In this document: positions 53,311 through 64,000 of the stretch, piece by piece | How the letters are laid out: each line of letters begins with the position of its first letter | Position numbering within the stretch: position 1 is the first letter of the stretch | Assembly: GCF_000150275.1 (NCBI RefSeq) | Contig: NW_002060944.1 | Location: 4,344,123 to 4,408,122, forward strand | DNA: 64,000 bases | From: Trichoplax adhaerens | Taxonomy: Eukaryota; Animalia; Placozoa | Direction: 5' to 3' | Program-made: the position numbers and the translations under genes | The notes under the pieces: model-generated | What the model was told of the DNA's origin: nothing | What the model saw: only the letters and a program-made list of their open reading frames with translations | The model's database searches: none

Positions 53311-56300
53311 CTAATCGTTTTTTTCAGTCGACTTTTGCTTTTGTTTACGTGATCTTTTCCGAATAATTACATTTTTATGGGCACTACCAAGATTGGAAGT
53401 AGTGCTATGATTGACGGTATGTATTACTGATTCATTAATATCATTGGCTTTTAAAACAGATTTTAATTCTGACATCCCGTCTTTACCTTGTCCAGATTTG
53501 TATTCTTCATTAACTTCCACGACTGGTTTGCCATCTCGGAAGCGAGTGATTGTAGTTGTTGTTTTAATAACGTAATATTGATTTCCAGCAGAAAAAAGCA
53601 ATGACCGAGCATCCGCTACGTCACGAACGGGGATGATCTTATTCTAAATCCATAAAGAAATTTCATAAGATATTTTAAACACTATTAATACAAGTACACG
53701 CATGCATCATAAAATTTTGAATTTAGATATTTACAACGGCTATAAATTGAAATGTTTTAATGTATATTTCTTCATCCGGGCAACCATGACGTCGAATTCT
53801 ATAAAATTATCAAATGGAAAGATTAGAGGAGTATTTCAGTAAATTATTACATGTGATCGTATAAACTTTAATTAATACATGACTAAACACTGATGTAAAA
53901 AGGAAAAATCTTTAACGCTATTATTCAACTATGTTATCATTATTTTAAAGTAAAATGCTGTTTTAGCTTTTATTGCGTACGTTTTGTTTATTTATTGAAA
54001 ATCACTTAAAAATACTTTTATAGCTTACTACAATAGGAATGACCTACTTTGTTGCATCCCAAGTTGGCGTTTTGTATAGAACAAATCTGCTCTGCAGCAA
54101 TAAATATAAGCTAAAGAGCTCAAGGCAATTAAAAATAGGCTGCAGTAGATAAATTTAACATGGAATATTAATTATAAGATTGAGTTAATTTGCTACCTTT
54201 AAAGTCTAAAACTTGACTTTAAAAATAAAATATAACAATATTACCTCTTCTAAACCTTCAAATTCATCGCCAAAGCATCCATATTCCCATAATAAACATC
54301 TTTTTAAAGACTATAAATTCGGTAATATTGTTAAGTAGATAATAGCCATTTTGTGCAATTATTTTTACTCATTTGAATTATTTCTTCGAAAACTAATTAG
54401 AAGTTACTTTTAATAAATTTGTAATATTTGCATTATCGTTGCAAAAAATCTTCATAAAATAATTTTGAGTGTATAAACCTACCGGATAGTTACTAAATCG
54501 AAATGGTTGAAATTCATCTGGATTATCAAACCATTTTGGATCTCTGTTTGCCCAATATAGATTGGCAAGCAATCTCTGCCCTTTACGAATATTATAAGTA
54601 GAGCCATCGACACTGATATTCATATCATTTCTATTAGGAGTATTTATATGATATAAACCATTATTGGCAATTAATGTCTATAATTAATAATTTTATATCA
54701 ACTATAGCATTTAATTTGATTTTGAAGCCCAGTAAATTTTTAAATAGTTTAATTTATATTATTATCATATTATGTTATTCTAAAATACAATTAATGTTAA
54801 GTAAAAGTTAATTATACGAAAGATATATCCAAGTTTTAGTGATGACGTGATAAATAACCCTATCTCAGCTATAAGACTAGGCGCAACTACCATACTCGTA
54901 TTAAAGGCCTATCCATGTTTCAAATACTTTAATTTACTACGATTAAATCCGTTATTCTACTGTACAAGTAAAATGTACATTTCGCTGATGTCAGTTGTTT
55001 ATGGCCTGGAGTAGTAAACCAGGGATAAAAGTAAGCTACTACATATAATATCCTAGAAATACAGCTTTATACACATAATTTAGACGATAAGATTGTAAAA
55101 TTTAATATAAGTTAAATTATCACCGCTAACTCACACTGCCCTTCCATAAATCAGGCTAACAGAAGGTGATGTACGAATAACCTGAAATACGAGATAGGCA
55201 ACAATGATCGATATCAATGAGTCGCAAAAGTGTATAATATATTAATAAATGGCATAAAATAACCCTATAATTAGATTTAATATGCAAACTTACCTCCATC
55301 ACAAATGATTTTAAGTCAGTCATATCTAACATTGCACTTTCAGATAATCCTGAGTGATTAGTCAAGACCTGGGAGGTACTTTGAATTAGATGTTCCTTGT
55401 CCTGCGGAGATAATGTAATGATTCTAGCAGCTATACTTCTCATCAATGTATTGCTTGTTCGGAATAGTTTTGCACTATATATAAATTGGATTGAAATAAT
55501 TGCATACTTTAGGTGAAAGTTTACGTCTTGTACTCTTTAGCTGCAAGACTATAACCCTATCTATAAGTCATCTAGATCTGGAGTAGATTTTATTTTAGAG
55601 TACTTGCATCATGATATAAAGAATGTTAATTTTAACAAAATCTTGAGTTAACGAATAGCATTCTCCAATTTTAGCGAGTTTCTTGAAATTAGGCGACTGT
55701 TCAATTTGTTGTAATAATACTTTGGTAGCTTTAATACCACGATTAAACGATCCAGTTTTAACGAACAGCCTAAATATAGATAGTAAAATCGATCATCTGA
55801 TGGATTAATAGATACCTTAACTGAAGCTTAAAGCTTTCCATTTTACATTATGCTACCTATAGCCAATTTAGACTTAATTAACTGCTTGATTTATATGCTA
55901 CAATAGTGCTATCCTTATTTATCAACAAGATATTGCACAGCTCAAATTAAATACTGCGATAGGTTATCTTGTTACATAGCGTTAATTGTGTGATATTTTA
56001 CTATAACTTGCTTTCCTCCTACTATTATAATTACCTTGATATCATCAGCATGGCTTCCAAGCAATCAGAAGCAGACTGAAATTCAACTCGTGTACCTAAC
56101 AATAAAGAACTGATTGCATTACTACAAAATTCTTGAATATCTCGTTCCCAGTTACCGGGTGGACCATTGCCTAGATAAACTGAGACATTGTGAAAAAGTA
56201 AATATCTGTTTTAGTCTTGAAATAATTTTGTAAAAGATGTATCAGACTTTTTACCTTCGTACTTGTCTTCCCAACGTTGAAAATGTTCTTTAATGGTATC

Positions 56301-57405
56301 ACTTACCACTTTAATAAAATAGTTAACAGGAATTAGCTGGACAACATCATTTATTAAGGATTTTCTATCCTTTTTAGCTTGATCACTCCATAAAGATGCT
56401 ATAGGATAATTTGTTAGTGACTGAACATTTTGTAGCGCTATTCCGTAGCAATCTTCTTTTGCCACCTGGTTAGAGAATATCACAACTGTATTAACAGTTT
56501 TCAATAGTAAAAAATACTTAAGTATGTCTAGATGTATTACAATTTCCATCTTATTTGTGTTTAATTTCAGTATAAATAGCGGTTATAATTATTCGTAAAG
56601 TATTGGGAAGTTCCAAAATTTACTGCTGTAAAGTTGAATTACCTAATATACTTTAGCGCAATATTTTTGGATGATCTTAAAATTTTACAATAAATTAGTC
56701 ATCTCATTTCAGTATCATTTTCCATACCTTACTACTATCAAAGAGTAATTGTGATTCTTCATTCGTTAGTATAGCTATTGCATCATAACCAAGATTAACG
56801 CGAAAAATACTTCGTTTATGCCGCTGTTGTTCTTCATGAAAGAATAAATGTCCTTTCTATTCAATGTTGGAGATGAATGAATAATTGATTGAAAGGTAGC
56901 AGAATAAGTTTAGAATGTAGTTACAAGAATATGGTTAACAAATTTTATTATGTAACGCTATATCAGCCAGGAAAGCCTGTAATCAACACAAGGCTACTGG
57001 ATATTAATTATCAGAATGGTGTTATAAAACTGAAAGTAGATTTTAAAGCACGCTGTCATCAATGGACGGGATTAAAGTACAATAAGAGAGACAAAGCTTT
57101 TAAAAACAGCAAGATTTTAAAGCACGCTGTCATCGATGGATGGGATTAAAAGTACAGTAAGGAAGATGAGGCATTTAATTGCAGCTTGATGATTCGATGA
57201 AGATATTGAAGTGAATTACTGAACATCGTTCAACCCTATACAGACTCTTGCCATATACACAACAGTATAATTAATTTTAGTAATTGAGACTTACATGTTG
57301 TAACTTTGACATACAGTACCAATTGTTAAGAGAGGTAAAAAATCCAGGAATGGTATCTCGTTTTTCTTCAGGTTTAGTACTTTCCATTTCTTTATCATTA
57401 TCCAT
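53311..57405 (-). CDS. CYP74-clan P450 copy 2, divergent: lacks heme-ligand Cys and I-helix Asn, with a long C-terminal extension
   Basis: Same exon and phase pattern as copy 1. MDNDKE...DTIPG; SIFRVNLG; VAKED; I-helix reads NILYIMI-AKLFRT; EVIR and NPDEFQPFRF intact; heme-loop exon 54310-54245 is 66 nt (SLKRCLLWEYGCFGDEFEGLEE) versus 81 nt in copies 1 and 3; final exon runs ~53644-53311. No stops or frameshifts seen in the model. Confidence 0.82.
57039..57177. repeat. ~74 bp tandem duplication in intron 1 of P450 copy 2
   Basis: GATTTTAAAGCACGCTGTCATC(A/G)ATGGA(C/T)GGGATTAAA at 57039 and 57113. Confidence 0.9.
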
Positions 57406-60400
57406 CTTTGATCATTATAGTATTTTATTATTGCATAAATGTAAAAACTTGAAGAATTTTCTACATACAGGATCAAAAGAAAGAAATGCTAAGGTTAATA
57501 AACTATTGATATTATTTTTATTTATTAAATCATTTCGAAAATAAGCTATATTTGCTAACTATCGAATTGTTGTTACACGACAAGATGACTGGAACAAGTA
57601 TGGCGCTAAAAATCTTATACGTTGAATAGTTAATCTGTTGTCTTGTCAAGCATAGAGTTATTTATCGTTATAAGTTAATACTGGTAATGAATAGGTCTGC
57701 AATCGTGAACAAAATCTATAAAATCATCGAAAAGTTGCTGCAGCGTAATCAGAGCTGGGTATTATATCATCACTGTTCTTAAGAAGGCAATCAGGTGAGG
57801 AATATAATAGAACTATCATATTAATGAATTTAATAGGTCAACGTAAAGCTTTGATATAATTAAATTTCCAAGCTTAATATACATGTATATAAAACATTGC
57901 TTCTACAACTGTTTAGGTTTCAAATTACGAAAAGATTACCTATGATACAACCAGAATTATAAGCTTGGTAGGGTAAGCGAAAACTGCTTTTAAATTGCTT
58001 ATATCATATAGTATAATTGCTACTTAACATGTAATTCTAACAACATCCATACTTTTTTATAGCTTAGATTAAGGGAATAATAAAATTACAAAAACTTAGC
58101 AACAAGTAACGAAGTAAAAAATTACAATAAAAAGAAAACTATGTCTTTATTGGGCGGGTAACACACTTGCTTAACTTAGATGAAAATTTCTATTAGTACA
58201 GTATACTTATTATTCCCCTAAGTCATGCATCATTGCAGTACTTGACGTATAAATAATATATCTTGTAATTACGATGAAGAAATTAGACAAGCTATCCTGA
58301 AAAGTAGAAAGCATTTTAAAGAAGATTTGTAATAATATAGTCTTAGTTCTACGTACAAATCGGTTAATGCTATGAGTCAATATCTTTATTATGGGCTATC
58401 AGGATGAATAAAAACATACCTTAATCTTAATGGCGATAAAAAAATGGGATAAGTTATCTATCTGAGTAATTTTTCCGATTATTGATTGGATTATAGGTAA
58501 GAAAGTGATAGGAATAACTTAATGTATTGATGTCGATCGAAATTTAACCCTTAAATCCTACATTTAAGACAGCAATCAGCTCTATTAGGCACATATGACT
58601 AGGGTGGGAGATAATATTGACGTCTAGTGAAAAGAAATTACAGACAAACTAAATTAGAGACGATTAGAAGAGTCTTGGGTCATGGTCAGTAAATAATTAA
58701 AGTTATTGTCTAGAGTATAAAGCAGCACTCCTCTAGCATGTAGTTAAGGTATTATTCAAATTAATGCCTTGGAGACTACTTCTTGTCTTGACCCATTCCT
58801 GATTTACTATGCTTAGCCATTCAACAACAATTATGGTAGAAAAGTCACATTATTATGTTAATGATGATATCCTTATATAGCTATGAGAATACAATTTAGC
58901 ATATATTGTTTCTATCCCCGGTGGAAAAGTTTGTTCTTATCCTAATATACAGTCTAGTTTCCGCAATTGAATTCTTTCTTGCAATATGAACATGGACAGT
59001 ATAGTAATTTTACATGATCTCGCTACCACATTATCCTAAAGGATACCGCCTAATAGATGTAATAATGTTTTTTTATACAATATATTCAATATATTCATAT
59101 ATTGTCAGGAGAGCTCATAAGTTAAAATGGAGTTGCACAGATATTAACTTGCAAAGCTAATCTGATAGAATTATTCGTAGGTGTTTGATCGAATCGGTAA
59201 TATCTTTCAAAAATAGTCGGAATAATTAACCCATATTATGGCTAATTCAAATTACTGTATACAGATACTTAAAGTATGAGTATAATAATATTAATCATTA
59301 CTGCAACGATGTTTGTAAGGTGAATAGATCCAATATGATGAATTGTAAACTGTTATCTTTATAGAAAATTAGTGTAAACGAAATTTTATACAAATATTAT
59401 ATACAGTCTGATTAATCAATAGCGTAAATCATAATATTATGATTTTATAGTAGCAACAACCTGTTGATATGATGACCATAGTACTTGACTAACCAAAGAT
59501 TTCTACAATACGAAGATACAATTCTTCTCGGCAATGATAATGGAAATGATTTACAGTTGGAAAATAATTTTTTCGCGAAGATACTATTGGATAAGTTTAA
59601 GATTTGAACGCAAAAGTATGTAAGCTATGTAAAGGTTCGGAATTTCTATCTATGATATAGCTATTATTTATAATTAATATAGTTAAGTTATCGTGAGTAG
59701 TTGTATTGCTATCGATATAGCTAATCCTATCCTAACTTTATACTCGTGAGTTAGCGTTAGAATTTGATGGTATGTATATTTAAGCTGCAAAATTGCTTAT
59801 ATCTAAAGTTCCTTCTTGTAATTAATATGATCGAATCATATCAAGTTGTTATATCACTATCATTATAATTAATCTTAGCTCCATCATAACTCTAGCTTAA
59901 TAATAAGCCTAAAAAATTTACTTTGTGACAGCATGTTATTCTGCGATAATCGTGGTTACAAGTTAGCACTTGCATACATTTCATGATTAATTTCAGGCTA
60001 CCTTATAAGAAGGCTATGTAAATTTAATATTGTATATACCCGTAAATCACTAACATAGTATATAATATGCGTAGCATTTCGATTTCAGCCATTATATATA
60101 CACGATGTTAGCTAAAAATCATCCCTTAAAAATGCGTCTGTAAATTAATGTGGAAATGGTATCTATCGGGTTTCGTATTCCAGACTTACGATTTTATAAT
60201 ACTGTACAGTATATAGAAATTAACTTCAAAAACTCCAACAGCATTTATTAGCCAACGATTTGATGCAATAGTATCAATTACTGTATCGTTCAAAACATTT
60301 TAATCAGTAAAAAGCAAGCATTACAAGCAGTAATAATTCTTAGGTGAAGTTAAGATTGATTAGCTTATTTATGAATTACTACATTAACGTAGAATATCTC

Positions 60401-61434
60401 ATTAAAACAGTTTCATACGATTAAAAATTCATGAGTAGAATTACTACAGCATCATTTTAAAATTACGAACATTTAATACAACCTAGAAGATTTTATTTCT
60501 TAAGTACTGATATTCGTAATAGTCTGCCGTAATAAACTATAAGAATGCTATGGGTTACTATTTACTACGATATGTTACAGATATAATAGAACGAACTTAC
60601 TAGATAGACAACAATTAGTTCAGAAATAGCTACAACTATAGCTAATGATGCAAGATATCAGTTTATCATGCAAGTAAGTTTGTATTCACACCTAAATACG
60701 CAAGTAGTATTTAAACGCTTGGGATTAAAATGCGCTTATTAGTAAAAAAGTTGATTGATGATCTATAATGATTAGTTCACAGCTGGATTCTCATACTGAA
60801 ATTATCATCTATGATTGCGGGGACATCGTGAGTTAAGTCGTCCAAGTTAACATGAAATTGTAAGATTACAAATATCATCAAGATTTACTATATCATAATT
60901 ATGTAGATAGGAGCAAGGAATTTAAGTTTAAGTATTTAAGTGACTTGCATAAAATTCTTTAAAGTAAACAATTTGATGCTTATGTATTTATGATCTGTAG
61001 GCCAATTACATCGTCTAATAAATTTCTTACAATAATGTTTCTACGTAATAGAAGTAAGATTAAAAGGATGGATCAGCTGAAATATTATCTTTCATGACTA
61101 AATACACCGTATGCTGTGCTGTTAATATTAATTGCAATTAGGTAAGGATGAGAAGTAAACTACATCGATGTTATATTTTACAATTAAAGCAGAAATATTT
61201 TAATATTGAAGACAAAACGTTAGATTACGTCAAAATAAAGAAAGATAAAAAAATTGATGCTGTATTTAGTAGAGATATCAAAGTAAAGCGTGGTAGTGGA
61301 AGTAAATCGTAGCAGATAAAATTTACAAGAAAATACCAAATATTATCGTTAAAAATACTTCGAGAATTAAATCATACTAAAATTAAGGAATTGCAGTCTT
61401 ATTCTAAGTTTCGATTTCCTTCATTTTGTTTTTA

Positions 61435-64000
61435 TTAAGCTTCGCTATCCACAGGACATTGACTATTATTATTTTCGGCTGTCATTTCATCATACTTTAA
61501 TTTGCTATTTAGAACAGCTTCCGGTAGCGAAACTGTAACCTATGATGAGAATATAGATAGAATTATATTTGCAATGTAACAATTGTCAGTAGAGGTTAAT
61601 TTTGGAATATATAACGAAAGTAAGACAGGCCTATGGTACAGTTACGAAGGAGTTAAAGTAAAGCTATATAGGGCTAAAATGGAGTAAATAACGGAGGTGT
61701 AATGGATGGATTTATTGCGTTGTTAAAATAAATGGTTCACTTACGTCTGATTTGTATTTAAATTTTTTTAGAGTGATGATCTCATCAGGAGTCCCTAAGC
61801 GTCGAATTCTATCATTAAATACACAAAAATGAATATTTGATCTTGTAAAAGTCTTATATCATGTTCATTCATGTTTTGCAAGTGAATAACGGAATTAGCT
61901 CAGAGATTCTAATATTTAAGTGGATATTATACTATCAATTATTTTAGTGGTATTAGCATAGAATTTATAATTTTAGTTTAAAAGATAAAATACAAAATAT
62001 TTACAACGTTTTACGGATACTATGCTTACTTTTTTCCTGTCCATTGAGGCTCACTACCTAGTTGATAGTCTCCTTGAAGGAGCAGATAAGCGGAAAATAG
62101 CATGATGGAAGGGATAGCAATGTTCTAGGGAATCAAGATACATTATTTTGAATATGTGTAAGATATAAAACGGAAAGTTAAAATAATTTGCTTCATTTAA
62201 TTATGTTTCATTATACGCGTAGGCGTAAAATGTTTGGATTTAAATTATTAGGAAAAGCTCGAGATATATCACAGTTATGTCATTTCTATTCGTCATTGAA
62301 AGAAAAAATCTTCAGCTCAAAATTGTATGATACTGATAATTATAATTAATAGAAGCGTACATCATTAAAGTATCGCAATAATTGGTTAAATATTTTTGAT
62401 GTTATTCGTACTCGATAATGGCTAGGTCGTAGAGCTGACTGTCGTACATTAAACTAATTTCACGTTTATTCATCGATATTTACAATAAACGGTACGTGAA
62501 TCTAGACGAGTAGCTAAGCTAGTGATCGAAGATGATTCGATTATTGTAGCTAAAGTGAGGGTATATCATTACACAAATAAGAAGAGATAGAAATTTAATA
62601 AGTTACGATAATCTCGAAATGATTAATCTAATAAGAGTTAAATTAGTCTAGCATAAATCTGAAGCAAAGTAGAATACTTTCGGACATCACAAGTAATTTC
62701 ATTTAGAGGAAGAAAATATAAAATTTATTTAATACTGTCCAATGAGAAATTTACTTACCCGACCAGGACATTGATGGGTCTTTTCACACTGATCCTTAGA
62801 GAAAGGCCCAGCTTCCCAGTACAAATAATTTTTAAGATCCTGTTTAAAAGTAAATTGACAAAATCTTCAAATTTCATGATTGATATGGAAGAATACTGTA
62901 CCTATAATCCTTAACTACAGCTAAAAAGGTAGTCTATATAATTAAGTGAGATATAAATCTTACCGGATTATTAAAAAATCGCAGTGCTTGAAAGGTAAGC
63001 GGATCATCGAATACTCTAGTATCTCGGTGTGCCCAAAAGAGATTAGCTACCATTAATTTGCCTTTTGGAATCTTGTAAGTTCCGGTATTAGATTTAATCA
63101 TTAAATCTTCACTAAAAGATAGGCAAAAGAATTAGACTAAAAGTAGAGAATGTGCGGTACAGTAACTTGCTAAATAACGATATTTTCATCATAAGTATAA
63201 TAATTATAACTATGTATTTGGTGTGGATCAAGACATGTCCACTAATATTTTCCTGTATGTTATAGTTTGGACTGTATGTGCCTCTATACTACTGAAGCTG
63301 ATTAAATTTTTTGACTACTTTAGGCAATCGAATATTAAAAAGCAATTTAAAACTTGCTAAAAAATGAAATAGTCAATTAGGTATCCCCTTCAAAAGGGAA
63401 ATACTTACACTGCTCGTCCAAAAATTAAATTCACGGGTGAAGACATTCTAAGATTCTGTAATTTGATAGAATATCATACTGTTAGTTTAAGAAGAGAATA
63501 GTTTAATTTTGTAACCATCATTATCTTGCTACTATTTGCTGTATCCAGTTTACTACAATAGTATATGAACTATATGGGTTAAGGATGCCAATTCTGGAAT
63601 AGTATTTAGTTATGATTTATTTTTGTTTGCCACAAACTCAACAATGGATAATCTAAAACTAAATAGTTAAATTTTTCAATATTAATTCATGACGTATTTT
63701 TCTTTCCCGTTTTACTCAATTCTAACTCCAATTCTCATTTCAAACAATTAAAAGATCATGTAGAGGGATAATTGTACTTTCATCTTAACTTAATATCATA
63801 GATAAATATATTATTGTTTGATGTGAACGGAGAGCTGAATATGGTATTTTAATGAAATTGTATCCGTCTATGCGTACTTTGTCTTAGCAAAATATTTTCG
63901 TTGATAATTAAGAGGAGAAGATCAAGTAATCATTTTAATTTTTCTTTTACTCACTTCCAAAACAAATGAATGGAGCTTTCTCATTTGACACAAAGCTTGA
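61435..64000 (-). CDS. CYP74-clan P450 copy 3, 3' part only (5' end beyond the right edge), heme Cys intact
   Basis: Exons give SFVLE-NLRMSSPV (ExxR), AHRDTRVFDDPLTFQALRF, WEAGPFSKDQCEKTHQCPGR (62839-62759), NIAIPSIMLF...PQWTGK, IRRLGTPDE, and a last exon ending QCPVDSEA* with stop at 61435-61437. Confidence 0.85.

Noticed and set aside
16220-64000. PRDX6 plus CYP74 genes as a co-regulated lipid-hydroperoxide cluster
   Set aside because: About 26 kb and three unrelated genes separate them, and their promoter features differ; nothing in the sequence supports co-regulation.

Overview
AT-rich, intron-dense animal genomic DNA with short GT-AG introns. Composition and gene content (animal-type RalGDS, FKBP15 and MED27 together with CYP74-clan P450s) suggest a placozoan such as Trichoplax; this is inference, not a database match. 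Hand-spliced genes from left to right: a partial secreted acidic protein (-, runs off the left edge), FKBP15 (-), 1-Cys peroxiredoxin PRDX6 (+), a RalGDS/RGL GEF (-), SWI5 (-), MED27 (+), and three tandem CYP74-clan P450s (-, the third runs off the right edge). Highlights: (1) the middle P450 keeps an intact ORF, ExxR and PERF, but has lost exactly the five codons QCPG(K/R) carrying the heme-thiolate Cys and also the I-helix Asn, and has gained a basic C-terminal tail, so it is a candidate pseudo-enzyme P450; (2) SWI5 appears to carry an N-terminal winged-helix-like domain, a Hop2/Mnd1-like architecture; (3) palindromic CAGTA/TACTG arrays and GC-rich tandem units mark the 5' ends of the non-P450 genes but not the two P450 starts visible here; (4) the gene set mirrors the human 9q32-34/1q25 MHC-paralogon linkage. 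All exon boundaries were derived by eye and need RNA-seq confirmation.
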